64,000 nt of DNA from Coprothermobacterota bacterium (GTDB lineage: Bacteria > Coprothermobacterota > HKB111). The position numbers and the translations under genes were made by a program. Shown here piece after piece: positions 1 to 10,070 of this stretch; within the stretch, counting starts at the first letter, position 1, and every line of letters starts with the position of its first letter. The stretch is taken from positions 64,001 through 128,000 of the forward strand of contig JBBIUB010000001.1 of the NCBI GenBank assembly GCA_037440465.1, read 5' to 3'. A model generated the notes under the pieces. That model saw only the letters and a list, made by a program, of their open reading frames with translations, had not been told where the DNA came from and made no database searches.

Positions 1-914
1 GAATTCCCAGAAGTAGTACCATCCGTACCCAAACCTACTTTTACTCCTCCCCTTATAGCTCTTTCCAGAAAGTTATTGGAATCGCCAAACTTCATATAGG
101 TTTTAGGACAATGAGCGATACCTCCTCCCATGGTTTTTATCAGTTTAAAATCCTCATCTGTCGCATAAAGGGCGTGGGCAAGTATCGTTCCTTCTCTTAA
201 AATACCCATTTCCCGTATAACCTCAACAGGTGTTTTTCCATTCCTGTTTAAACTTATTGCTACTTCCTTTTTTGTCTCTGAAACATGAATATGACTTTTA
301 AGCCCTGTTTGTTTACTAATATCCGCAACTCTTCTTAAAAAATCTTCAGGACAGGTGTAAGGAGAGTGAGGACCGAGAGAAATATTAAGGCGGGTGTTCA
401 AACCAACATAACTCTCATTAAACTTCATGGCTTGTTTGAATTTACTTTCCCAGTTTTCACCCAGACCAAAAATGGCATAAGCCAGATCAGCCCTCATGCC
501 TATCTCATCGTAAGCCTGAAAAGCCTTCTCCATAAAGAAATAGTGGTCGGTAACTGTTGTTACGCCATTTAGCAACATCTCACATGCACCAAGAAGTGTT
601 CCCCAGTAGACATCGTCAGGCTCAAGGTTAGCTTCTAATTTCCAGATTCCTTCATTAAACCAGACCTCCGGTGTCACATCCTCAACAGCTCCCCTTAGAA
701 GAGTCATAGCTACATGAGAGTGAGTATTAATCAATCCTGGTAGAGCATAGAATATACTTCCATCAATTACCTCCTCGTTTTCACGAGTTGGAGTAGAGGT
801 TGTCCCTGCTGTTTCTACGATATTGGTAATTCTTCCATTTTCTATAATAATATCTTTATTATTAAAAACCTTAAGTTGAGAAAGGTTAATGATATCAATA
901 TTCTTAATTAACAT
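1..914 (-). CDS. Amidohydrolase, MTA/SAH (nucleoside) deaminase family; 3' end runs off the window
   Basis: Not in the ORF track. Manual translation from ATG at 914 gives MLIKNIDII...PGLINTHSHVAMTLLRG...GPHSPYTC...HIHVSET...AHALY...GLGTDG, with the HxH, HxxE and Asp metal motifs. Abuts the stop of the upstream gene. Confidence 0.85.
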   Translation of the reverse strand, partial: MLIKNIDIINLSQLKVFNNKDIIIENGRITNIVETAGTTSTPTRENEEVIDGSIFYALPGLINTHSHVAMTLLRGAVEDVTPEVWFNEGIWKLEANLEPDDVYWGTLLGACEMLLNGVTTVTDHYFFMEKAFQAYDEIGMRADLAYAIFGLGENWESKFKQAMKFNESYVGLNTRLNISLGPHSPYTCPEDFLRRVADISKQTGLKSHIHVSETKKEVAISLNRNGKTPVEVIREMGILREGTILAHALYATDEDFKLIKTMGGGIAHCPKTYMKFGDSNNFLERAIRGGVKVGLGTDGTTSGN

Positions 915-1859
915 TTACCCTCCTGATCTCTTATCAAGATTAGCAATTGCAAAGAAAACCATCTCCTTAAAATGTGGTAGATTCAAATCAAATGCCACAT
1001 CCACGTTAGCTTTTTCTCCAGTGATACCATATACATCCACCACTGTTCTTCCTCTAGTAAACTCCCCCGATGTTTCAATCTTTACAGCTAACTTCCTTGT
1101 TTTAACTATTCCCTCTTCAATGACTTCAGCCACTGCAAGAGCATCATGAAGTGGAGCACCATTAAAGGAGAAAACTTCTCTGTAAGTAGAAATGTAAAAT
1201 GATAGGAGATCAGCCACCTTCTTAGAAACCATACCGTTCATCATTCTAAATTTTTCCACATCTTCATTAATAAAAACAGCTTTATGAGTGGCATCCAGGC
1301 TCACCATGGTAATGGGAAGTCCCGACTCAAAAACAATCTTAGCTGCTTCCGGATCTACAAAAATATTGAATTCCGATGCAGGAGTAATGTTACTCTCAAA
1401 AACTGCTCCACCCATAAGAACTATTCGCTCAATTTTCTGTTTGATTTCTGGTTCTTTAACCAAGGCAATTGCTATATTGGTTAGAGGACCTGTGGGTATT
1501 AAAAATACTTTTTCTTCTGAAGATCTGCAGGTCTCAATTATTAAGTCCACTGCATGGATTGGTTGAGGTGTAATGTCCGGTTTAGGAAGATCTACTCCTT
1601 CAAGCCCAGAAACTCCATGAATCTCTGGAGCTGTTCTAAGTTCTCTGAGAATAGGTTTTGAAAATCCAGCTGCTACCTTAACTATCCTTTCATTTATAAG
1701 AGTCAATATTCTTAAAGTATTATCAAGGGTTTTATTAAGGGTTTGGTTGCCTGCTACTACCGTAACACATTGAACATTCAATATATTAGAACCAAACGCC
1801 AACATTAGAGCGATGGCATCATCGTGACCTGGATCGCAATCAATAATAACCTTTTTCAT
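915..1859 (-). CDS. Nucleoside hydrolase (IU-NH/RihA-RihC type)
   Basis: DCDPGHDD N-terminal motif, PTGPLTN, EFNIFVDPEAA, LHDA catalytic His. Confidence 0.93.
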   Translation of the reverse strand: MKKVIIDCDPGHDDAIALMLAFGSNILNVQCVTVVAGNQTLNKTLDNTLRILTLINERIVKVAAGFSKPILRELRTAPEIHGVSGLEGVDLPKPDITPQPIHAVDLIIETCRSSEEKVFLIPTGPLTNIAIALVKEPEIKQKIERIVLMGGAVFESNITPASEFNIFVDPEAAKIVFESGLPITMVSLDATHKAVFINEDVEKFRMMNGMVSKKVADLLSFYISTYREVFSFNGAPLHDALAVAEVIEEGIVKTRKLAVKIETSGEFTRGRTVVDVYGITGEKANVDVAFDLNLPHFKEMVFFAIANLDKRSGG

Positions 1860-2764
1860 TTATCCTCCTTGGTTCTAAGAGAATAAAACACCAGAAAAAC
1901 TATAGTGGCTAAATAAGGAATCAGTTCTATGAACTCTGAAGGCACTCTTAATGACTTGAAGTAAATTGCCAGAGCATTAGTAAGACCGAAAAGTATAGAA
2001 GCTAATAAGACACCTATGGGCTTATGTCCTCCTATTGTAGAAGCAGCGATGGCTATGAAACCTCTACCAGCAACCATGTCTCTACCAAACCAGGTAACAT
2101 ATCCCATTGAAAGGTACAACCCACCAAGGGCACCAAAAAATCCACTCAAAGCTAAAGCTAACATCTTTGTCTTAAAAACACTAATACCTACTGAAGATGC
2201 AGCATTAGGGTTTTGACCCACTGCTCTAATCCTTAAGCCTATTGGAGTCTTGTAGATGAGAATATAAAAAATAATCACAGATAAGAAGGATAAGTAAGTA
2301 AGTAAATTATGCCCACTAAGCGCTTTACCTATATATGGTAATTCTTTTATTAAAGGAATATGAACTACAGGAAAAGCTAAGCTGTTGAGAGAACTGGAAA
2401 CTCCTTTATCACCCGATGCCAGATAGAGAAGAAAAACTGTCAAGCCTGAAGCAAGCATATTCAGGGCAATACCAGAAAGGATGATGTTAGCTTTAAGTTT
2501 CATACTAAAATAACCAAGGAGTAGGGCAAAAGAAATTCCTGCCAGACTACCAATCAGGAAAGAAATAATTAAATTTTTAGTAAGCGCACTAACCAGTACA
2601 CCAATAAATGCGGAAAAAAGCATTATCCCTTCCAGGGCAATGTTAACTGTTCCACTCTGATTGGATATGGCTACTCCTATGCTGGCATATAATAAAGGTG
2701 TAGTGACTCTTAATATAGTAAAAACAAATCCTATAGAGAAAATACTCTTAAGAACTGCTTCCAT
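1856..2764 (-). CDS. Nucleoside/sugar (CUT2) ABC transporter permease
   Basis: Hydrophobic, NIALEG and GLRIRAVGQNPNAA motifs. Start moved to ATG 2764, which follows AAGGAGG. Confidence 0.9.
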   Translation of the reverse strand: MEAVLKSIFSIGFVFTILRVTTPLLYASIGVAISNQSGTVNIALEGIMLFSAFIGVLVSALTKNLIISFLIGSLAGISFALLLGYFSMKLKANIILSGIALNMLASGLTVFLLYLASGDKGVSSSLNSLAFPVVHIPLIKELPYIGKALSGHNLLTYLSFLSVIIFYILIYKTPIGLRIRAVGQNPNAASSVGISVFKTKMLALALSGFFGALGGLYLSMGYVTWFGRDMVAGRGFIAIAASTIGGHKPIGVLLASILFGLTNALAIYFKSLRVPSEFIELIPYLATIVFLVFYSLRTKEDK

Positions 2765-3812
2765 CTTTTGCTGCCTCCTTAACAATCAAACGATGTCTCC
2801 AGAACTCAAGAAAAGCCTGAGAAGTCACTAGTAGAATAATAATTGCCTGGATTACTGTTACCATTTCTGCAGGGATATCAGTCACTAAATTAACAATTTG
2901 AGCACCAGTGATAAGATAAGAAATAAAAAGAGATGTCACGATTATTAAAAGTGGGTGGTTACCAGCAATAATGGCAGCCATAATTCCATTCCAACCATAT
3001 CCAGGAGACGCTTGCCAGTTAAATCTCCCATGGATACCCATAACTTCTATCATTCCTCCCATTGCTGCTAAAGCACCACCAAGAACAATAGAATAAAGGA
3101 TGACTCTTTTCACATTTATCCCGCCATACTTAGCAAAGCTTAAGTTCGCACCAACCATTCTTATCTCATATCCCCATTTAGTATGAAAAAGAAAGATGTA
3201 AACAAGAAAAGCAGCAATAAGAGCAAAGATTATACCAAGATGGATTCGTGTACGTGGGATAAATTGAGCCAACAGTACAGTTTTAGGAATAGCATTGGAA
3301 ACGAGGTAGCCAGCAGCTTGATCCCTGAAGTGAAAATTAATAATATAAAGACCTGAATAATAGAGGATAAAATTAAACATCAAGCTTGTTACAAACTCAT
3401 TTATCTTAAGACGGGTTTTCAGAAGAGCTGGTATTAAACCAACAAACATCCCTACGATAAACACAAATGCAAGAAGAAGAAAGTGATGTAAACCAGAAGG
3501 GAACCTTGTAAGAAGAGCAAAAGCAGTGCCAAGAGTACCACCAAAGTAAAGAGCGCCTTCAGCTCCAACCCAAAACTGTTTTGCTTGAAAAGGAATGGAT
3601 GCAGCAAGACCGCAGAATATTAATGGTGTTGCTGTTTCAAATATAAAGCTTAACCTGCTTCTTGAAGCAAGAGGACCGATAAGCAGACTTCTTATCGAAA
3701 GAAGAGGGTTATCGCTGACCAGAAACATAATAATAAAAGCCAGCGTCAGTCCAATTGAAATTGAGAGAAGGACTCTTATTAAATCAAAATATTTTAGAAT
3801 AAAACCTCTCAC
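2748..3812 (-). CDS. Nucleoside/sugar ABC transporter permease
   Basis: Multiple TM segments; GAEGA and WGYEIRMVGAN motifs. Confidence 0.9.
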   Translation of the reverse strand: MRGFILKYFDLIRVLLSISIGLTLAFIIMFLVSDNPLLSIRSLLIGPLASRSRLSFIFETATPLIFCGLAASIPFQAKQFWVGAEGALYFGGTLGTAFALLTRFPSGLHHFLLLAFVFIVGMFVGLIPALLKTRLKINEFVTSLMFNFILYYSGLYIINFHFRDQAAGYLVSNAIPKTVLLAQFIPRTRIHLGIIFALIAAFLVYIFLFHTKWGYEIRMVGANLSFAKYGGINVKRVILYSIVLGGALAAMGGMIEVMGIHGRFNWQASPGYGWNGIMAAIIAGNHPLLIIVTSLFISYLITGAQIVNLVTDIPAEMVTVIQAIIILLVTSQAFLEFWRHRLIVKEAAKDGSSS

Positions 3813-5338
3813 TACATAACCTCCTTCTTTTTAATACCCAACATATAAGGTCCCAGGTCTTTCCCATTCAAATCAGGCGTATTAACAAACTCACCTACGA
3901 TTTCTCCTGAATAAATAACCAGGATTCTTGTAGATAACTTAAGAACTTCTTCAAGATCTGCAGAAATAAGCAAGATGGCAGCTCCTTTGTTACGAAATTC
4001 AATAAGAAGACGATGAACGGTATCGGTAGCAGAAACATCAATACCCATAGTAGGTTGATCAGCAATAATAAGTTCTGGGCTGGAAGATAACTCTCTGGCC
4101 ACAACTACTCTTTGAATGTTACCCCCAGAGAGTGAGCCTACCCGAGCATGAGCATTAGGGGTAGCTATAGAAAAACTTTTAATCAATTCCTTTGCATATT
4201 GATTAATATTTTTCCAATTAAGAAACAGTATATTAGAGAAGGGTTTTTTCTGATACCTATCCACTATCAAATTTTCTTGAGTAGAGATATCAAGAGCAGC
4301 TCCGTGTTTCATCCTATCTTCAGGTATGTGGGCTACACCTTTCTCCCTTATTTTCCGTGGAAGATGACCAAGAATATTATCCCCCTTAAAGATAATTTCT
4401 CCGTAACTACTGGTTCTCAAGCCAGTAATAATCTCAGCGAGCTCAGTTTGACCATTCCCTTCTATTCCAGCAATACCGAGAATCTCACCTTTTTTTAATT
4501 CAAAATTAATCTTATTTAAAACAGGCCTTCTTTCTAAATTCATATATGAGAGATCCTTGACTATAAGAGATGATTCCCCCACTTTAAGAGATTGCTCCAC
4601 TTTCTCAAAAGAAAGATCTCTCCCAACCATAAGATAGGCCATATCTTTCTCCGTTGTATTTTCAACCATTTGAGTGGCTACAACCTTTCCATCCCTCATG
4701 ACAGTTACAAGATCAGCTACTGCTTTAACTTCTTTTAGTTTATGAGAAATAAATACTATTGTTTTACCTATCTTCTTTAAGCCCTTAAGTGTTTCAAATA
4801 ACACTTCAGTCTCTTGGGGAGTTAGGATAGAGGTTGGTTCATCAAGAATCAAAAGTTCTACTTCTCTAACCAAAGCCTTAAGGATTTCTACCCTTTGTTG
4901 AACACCAATGGGTAAATCCTTTATCTTTAAGCGGGAAGGCACTGAAAGACTGTAATATTTTGATGCATCTTCAGCAGATTTCAGAGTTTTTTTAATATCC
5001 AGGAAGACTCCTTTTCTTGGTTCTATCCCGAGAAATAAGTTCTCAGCCACTGTTAAGTCAGGGGCTAACATAAGATGTTGATGAACCATGCCTATTCCCA
5101 GCTTAATAGCTTCGTGGGAATCAAAAATTTTTACTTTCTTACCTTTAAAGTAAATCTCACCCTCGTCGGGTCTTTCAAGACCAAAAACAATTTTCATAAG
5201 GGTACTCTTCCCAGCACCATTTTCACCAACTAATGCATGAATAGTGCCAGGTTCAACCTTCAAGGAAACACCTCTGTTAGCTACAACACCATTTGGATAT
5301 ACTTTGACTATGTCTTTTACTTCAAGAATTGGATTCAT
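3812..5338 (-). CDS. CUT2 ABC transporter ATP-binding protein (tandem NBD)
   Basis: GENGAGKS Walker A, LILDEPT, LSGGNIQR. Confidence 0.95.
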   Translation of the reverse strand: MNPILEVKDIVKVYPNGVVANRGVSLKVEPGTIHALVGENGAGKSTLMKIVFGLERPDEGEIYFKGKKVKIFDSHEAIKLGIGMVHQHLMLAPDLTVAENLFLGIEPRKGVFLDIKKTLKSAEDASKYYSLSVPSRLKIKDLPIGVQQRVEILKALVREVELLILDEPTSILTPQETEVLFETLKGLKKIGKTIVFISHKLKEVKAVADLVTVMRDGKVVATQMVENTTEKDMAYLMVGRDLSFEKVEQSLKVGESSLIVKDLSYMNLERRPVLNKINFELKKGEILGIAGIEGNGQTELAEIITGLRTSSYGEIIFKGDNILGHLPRKIREKGVAHIPEDRMKHGAALDISTQENLIVDRYQKKPFSNILFLNWKNINQYAKELIKSFSIATPNAHARVGSLSGGNIQRVVVARELSSSPELIIADQPTMGIDVSATDTVHRLLIEFRNKGAAILLISADLEEVLKLSTRILVIYSGEIVGEFVNTPDLNGKDLGPYMLGIKKKEVM

Positions 5339-5357
5339 CTATACTCCTGAAAGAATA

Positions 5358-5380
5358 GGGGGAGGTTGAGAACCTCCCCC
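5358..5380 (-). terminator. GC-rich hairpin between the BMP gene and the ATPase gene
   Basis: GGGGGAGGTT-gag-AACCTCCCCC perfect 10 bp stem, followed by TATTCTTT on the minus strand. Confidence 0.7.
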
Positions 5381-5389
5381 CACCAGGTC

Positions 5390-6457
5390 TTAACCACTGA
5401 CGAAAGCGGTATCGACCTTAATTTCACCGTCTAAAATTTTCTTCTCCAGTTCCTTTATAAAATCTATAAATTCCTGGGAAACCAATTTTCTATAAATTTC
5501 GTTATTGGCTACTCCAACGCCTTCCTCTTTAATACCCAGAGCTTCAGCTTGACCTAAAGGCATCTTATTTTCTTTATAAAGTCTAATTGCTCTATATAAA
5601 GACTTATCAACATTTTTAAGCATGGAGGTTACAATAAGATTGGCTTTTGCAGGATCGCTTTCAGCGAAGAGAAGGGACTGGTCAGAGTCAACGCCAATGG
5701 CATATTTATTGGCTTCTTTAGCTGCATCCATTAAACCAAGACCTGTCATACCTGCCACATTAAAAATAATATCTGCTCCCTGAGCATACTGGGCAATACA
5801 GAGTTCCTTCCCCTTGGCAGGGTCAGCAAATGTGCCTGCATAAGATACAAGAACGTTTATGGTTGGATCAACTTGTTTGGCACCCTGAATATAACCTACT
5901 TTAAAGTCGTTTATTACAGGGATATCCATGCCACCGAGAAAGCCTATTGTCTTAGTAGCATTAGCAAGTGGCATTGTAGAAGTAGTAATTTTAGCTGCCA
6001 GTGCACCCACCAAGAATGAGCCTTCATTCTGCTTGTAAAGGATGGAGTAAACATTACTGAGGTTACCTTTACTGTAATCTACTGTAGTATCAAAGATAAT
6101 ATATTTTTTATCTGGATACATCTGAGCAACCTTTTCCAGGTTCTCTTGCATCTGCCAGGTTCCTACAATAATAATATCCCAATCTTGCTCCGATAGTTGG
6201 ACTAAATCTGGTTCCCATTTGGCAGGGTCATAACCACCTTCAATGGTTTTTCCTTCCACATCAAGATCCTGGATAGCCATCTTTAAACCACGATCAGCGG
6301 AATCAAAGAATGACTTGTCGCCGAGAGTTCCATTAATATAGAGAACTACCTTTAACTTGTCCACTACTTCTGGTTCCTCTACCTTGGGTCTTGAAACATA
6401 ATAAACAACTCCGCCAATTACTACTATGGCTACTAAAATCCATACCCAATTTTTCAC
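5390..6457 (-). CDS. BMP family (PnrA/TmpC-like) nucleoside-binding protein
   Basis: LGDKSFFDSA, NEGSFLVG, AIGVDSDQ, TSMLKNVD. N-terminal TM anchor with no lipobox Cys. Confidence 0.92.
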   Translation of the reverse strand: MKNWVWILVAIVVIGGVVYYVSRPKVEEPEVVDKLKVVLYINGTLGDKSFFDSADRGLKMAIQDLDVEGKTIEGGYDPAKWEPDLVQLSEQDWDIIIVGTWQMQENLEKVAQMYPDKKYIIFDTTVDYSKGNLSNVYSILYKQNEGSFLVGALAAKITTSTMPLANATKTIGFLGGMDIPVINDFKVGYIQGAKQVDPTINVLVSYAGTFADPAKGKELCIAQYAQGADIIFNVAGMTGLGLMDAAKEANKYAIGVDSDQSLLFAESDPAKANLIVTSMLKNVDKSLYRAIRLYKENKMPLGQAEALGIKEEGVGVANNEIYRKLVSQEFIDFIKELEKKILDGEIKVDTAFVSG

Positions 6458-6622
6458 TTTCCTTTTCCTCCTTACAAGAATTACTTAGAAATTTTACTTT
6501 CTTTCTAAGTTTAACAAAAAACTATTCTTCGCACTGAATCTTTACTATAAAACAACCTCCTTTCTTTCTTAATTTTTCAACTATAAACTTTTTCTTTACA
6601 ATCTCACACATTACTATTTATT

Positions 6623-7540
6623 TTAACTAATTTTTTTACTCTTTAGACTTTTTTCAAGAATATTCCTGAATAAATCTCTATCAATCTCAGTTACAATCTC
6701 AAGTCTTTCTCCTTCCTTTAAAACACTCATTCCCCTCATCGTTGTGTAATTTAATTCCATCTCCAGACCAGCAATAATCTTACCCTTAATAACCTCAGGA
6801 TACAAATAAGCAGCCATAGCTATTGGGTCAGGAAGTGTCAACTTCTCTAAGCCATAGAATTTATGGACAAATCTAATTGGAGTAGCTGCTAATTCCAAAA
6901 AAAGATTACCGAGTCTACCTTTTCCTGCAGCAATTTCATTTACTTCTTTTTTTGAAAAAGGTATTTTAACGATAGGATCCCAGGGAACAATTAGAAAGGG
7001 TATATCAAGGTTTAACAAGTATTGCGCTGATTCGGGATCTGCAAAGAAATTAAATTCTGCGAACTTTGTAACATTACCTCTTTCAATTGCTCCTCCCATA
7101 GCCACAATGCTCTTGACCTTTTTCTTTACTTCAGGAAATAGATTAAATGTTATAGCAAGGTTAGTCAGTGGTCCAAGTGTTATAATATCTATATTATCTT
7201 CCTTGATGAGTAAGTCTTTTAATCCCTGAGGAGCTGAAACACTTTCTTCCATCTTTGAACCCAGAGGAAGAGAAACGTTACCAAGACCATCTTCTCCATG
7301 AACTCCTTCAGCACGAATTAACTTCTGAATTAGGGGAGCAGAAGCACCTTTATAAACAGGAATCTCTTCTCTTCCCATGAAATGGAGAAGGCGAAGGACA
7401 TTACGCGTTGCTTTCTCTATAGAAACATTACCGTTGACAGTTGATATACCTATTACTTTTATATCCTTAGTTTGAAGTGCCATAATAATAGCTATGGCAT
7501 CGTCTATGCCACAATCAGTATCAATAATAATCTTCTTCAT
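6623..7540 (-). CDS. Nucleoside hydrolase, second paralog
   Basis: DTDCGIDD, LGPLTN, AEFNFFADPESA; LPDP in place of the HD motif. Confidence 0.9.
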   Translation of the reverse strand: MKKIIIDTDCGIDDAIAIIMALQTKDIKVIGISTVNGNVSIEKATRNVLRLLHFMGREEIPVYKGASAPLIQKLIRAEGVHGEDGLGNVSLPLGSKMEESVSAPQGLKDLLIKEDNIDIITLGPLTNLAITFNLFPEVKKKVKSIVAMGGAIERGNVTKFAEFNFFADPESAQYLLNLDIPFLIVPWDPIVKIPFSKKEVNEIAAGKGRLGNLFLELAATPIRFVHKFYGLEKLTLPDPIAMAAYLYPEVIKGKIIAGLEMELNYTTMRGMSVLKEGERLEIVTEIDRDLFRNILEKSLKSKKIS

Positions 7541-8432
7541 TTCTCTCCTTTAGGAAATCTAATATTTCTTGTTTCTCTGGTGCAGACTGAGAAGCACCCG
7601 GCCGGGTTACTGAGATGGCAGCTGCTGCGCAGGCAAAGGTAATTGCTTTATTAAAACTATATCTCTCACTAAGAGCTACCGCTAATGTACCATTAAAGAC
7701 GTCTCCAGCTGCAGTGGAATCAAGTGCATCAACCTTGAAAGCTGGAAAGTGGAAACTATTATTCTCATCAACATAGTAACAACCTTTATTACCTAATTTG
7801 ACCAGAATCTTTTTCGCTCCCATTTCTTTTAAGATTTCCACACCTTCTAAATAATGAGGAACATTTGTGAGTTGTTGCAGCTCTACCTTATTAGGAGTAA
7901 TAAGATCGGGGAGATTAACAAATTCTTTCATTGATGAAGAAAAGGGTGCTGGGTCAAATATAGAGAAGACTTTCTTTTCCCTTGCTACCTTCAAGGCTTC
8001 TACAGTGGTTTCTATGGGAATTTCTCCCTGTAAAAGGAGAATGTCACCGGGAGAAGAAAGATTGCTAAAGATTCCCACATCATCAACGGATACAAGCTGG
8101 TTAGTTCCTTTTATAATTACTATTTTGTTTTCCCCAGTTTCTGATACATTTATAAGTGCAGTGCCTGTAGATGTTCTTTCATCCTTTACAAATTGAAGAT
8201 TAAGCTTCTTGCTCTTAAGTTCCTGAATCAAGACATCACCAAAAAAGTCTGCACCGACCCTTCCTATAAAGGTTACTTCTCCCCCAGCCAGCTTAGCAGC
8301 GACAGCCTGGTTCGCCCCTTTTCCTCCCTGGTTCATAATAAACCTGGTACCTACAATGGTTTCCCCAACCTCAGGAAACTTATCCGAGAAAACCACCAGA
8401 TCCATATTCACCGAACCCAAGACAAAAATCAC
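7521..8432 (-). CDS. rbsK: Ribokinase (PfkB family)
   Basis: GSVNMD, GGKGANQAVAA, DSTAAGDVF. Confidence 0.9.
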   Translation of the reverse strand: MIFVLGSVNMDLVVFSDKFPEVGETIVGTRFIMNQGGKGANQAVAAKLAGGEVTFIGRVGADFFGDVLIQELKSKKLNLQFVKDERTSTGTALINVSETGENKIVIIKGTNQLVSVDDVGIFSNLSSPGDILLLQGEIPIETTVEALKVAREKKVFSIFDPAPFSSSMKEFVNLPDLITPNKVELQQLTNVPHYLEGVEILKEMGAKKILVKLGNKGCYYVDENNSFHFPAFKVDALDSTAAGDVFNGTLAVALSERYSFNKAITFACAAAAISVTRPGASQSAPEKQEILDFLKERNEEDYY

Positions 8433-8714
8433 ATCTGCCTTCTAAGAAAATACATAGTCATAATCTTACAATTATTCCAATACCTAAAAGATTCACCCTT
8501 TCCACTCTTAAAAACAACTTTTTTACTTTTTATAAACTTAACCTCTGCTATTCAAATGTATATATATTGTGTATATTCTATACCAAAAATTAACACAGTC
8601 AACTATTTTGGGTGATTATTTTATACACTTATATTAAAATAGAGTATAAATAATTATATTTATAAAAATCTTAAACAGAGAAGAATTTATTGGGGAGGTA
8701 TTCAAAAAAAGAGG

Positions 8715-10058
8715 ATGAAAGTCCAGGATTATATCAAAAGATTATTTTACGACTCCGAAATCGTAGAAAAGGATCCAGAGTGGGAAGTAATAAAATCTCA
8801 GGATAATATCAGAACAACATACCTTACAATGCTCTGGAATAGTAGGGTTCCTTACTCCAATGCACCAGAATCTCTGGTAGCCAGTTCCATACAGTCTTTA
8901 GAAAATCAAGGGTTTGATATGGCTAGAAGGGAAAAGCTGTTTAAAGAAGGGTTAAAAGCATTGGAAGAAAAGGATGTAAAAAAGCTGGAACTATTTACTC
9001 CTAAAATATTTTCCACCAATTATTTAAGGAGAATAAAAAATCATCCTTACCTGAAATTTTCACGACCTTCAAGCTTTGAGGAAGTATCTAAGGATTTCCC
9101 TATTATAAGTAAAGAAAAAATCAAATCCAGAGAAAGGGTCTATGGGGGCTTACTCGGAAGCATTATTGGTGGAGCTTATGGTACTCCCATAGAGGGTTAT
9201 ACATACTGGCAACTGGAAAAAAGATATGATAAATTTGACTACTATTTAAGACCTGTGAACACAATCAATGATGATATATGCTTTCAAATAGTCTTTCTAT
9301 TAAAATACCTTAAAAAGGGTGATAAAATAACCTCTCGAGATGTAGCATATGGCTGGTTAAAATATATACCTTTTGGATGGTCAGCGGAGTTAATAGCGCT
9401 GGAGAATTTAAGAAGAGGCATCTTTCCACCTCAATCTGCAACACTCAATAATCCATTTGGCGAATGGATAGGTGCAGCCATGCGTGGAACTATGCCAGGT
9501 CTTATCTCCGCAGGTGACCCAAATAAAGCAGTTAGGTTGGCCTACACGGATGCTACTGTATCCCATTATCTTAATGGTGTATATGGAGAGATGTTTATAT
9601 CAGCACTGACTTCTCTAGCTTTTATCTGTAATAATATTGAGGAAATAATTAACACTGGTAAAAAATTTGTACCGCATAATACTGAGCTATACTCGGTTAT
9701 TGATGAAATTTTAAGTGAAATAAATAGGGATAGGAATTTTTTCAGACTGAGAGATTACATATACAGAAGATTTCAGGATTACAACTGGATTCATCTTTAT
9801 CCTAATATAGCAGTGGTTTTAGTATCTCTTTTATTGGGAAAAGAAGATTTTCAAAAAACCTTAGAAATGATTGGCAAGTCAGGTTTTGATGTAGATTGCA
9901 ATGGTGGTATGGCATTGAGTATCCTGGGCGTTTTAAATCCAGAAAGTATTCCACAAGCTTTAATAAAACCAATTACCAACAAGATAAATACTTACCTGAG
10001 AGGTATGGAAGAGATACAGGTAGATTACCTTGTAGATGAGATTATGAAAGCACAATAA
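8715..10058 (+). CDS. ADP-ribosylglycohydrolase family protein with N-terminal extension
   Basis: GGAYGTPIEG, NDD, IGAAMR, GFDVDCNG motifs. Confidence 0.8.
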   Translation: MKVQDYIKRLFYDSEIVEKDPEWEVIKSQDNIRTTYLTMLWNSRVPYSNAPESLVASSIQSLENQGFDMARREKLFKEGLKALEEKDVKKLELFTPKIFSTNYLRRIKNHPYLKFSRPSSFEEVSKDFPIISKEKIKSRERVYGGLLGSIIGGAYGTPIEGYTYWQLEKRYDKFDYYLRPVNTINDDICFQIVFLLKYLKKGDKITSRDVAYGWLKYIPFGWSAELIALENLRRGIFPPQSATLNNPFGEWIGAAMRGTMPGLISAGDPNKAVRLAYTDATVSHYLNGVYGEMFISALTSLAFICNNIEEIINTGKKFVPHNTELYSVIDEILSEINRDRNFFRLRDYIYRRFQDYNWIHLYPNIAVVLVSLLLGKEDFQKTLEMIGKSGFDVDCNGGMALSILGVLNPESIPQALIKPITNKINTYLRGMEEIQVDYLVDEIMKAQ

Positions 10059-10070
10059 CATGAGTTACTT

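Noticed and set aside
366..8615. Many short plus-strand ORFs in the track (and similar antisense ORFs throughout the window)
   Set aside because: They lie antisense to, or within, well-supported genes and have no recognisable motifs; treated as shadow ORFs
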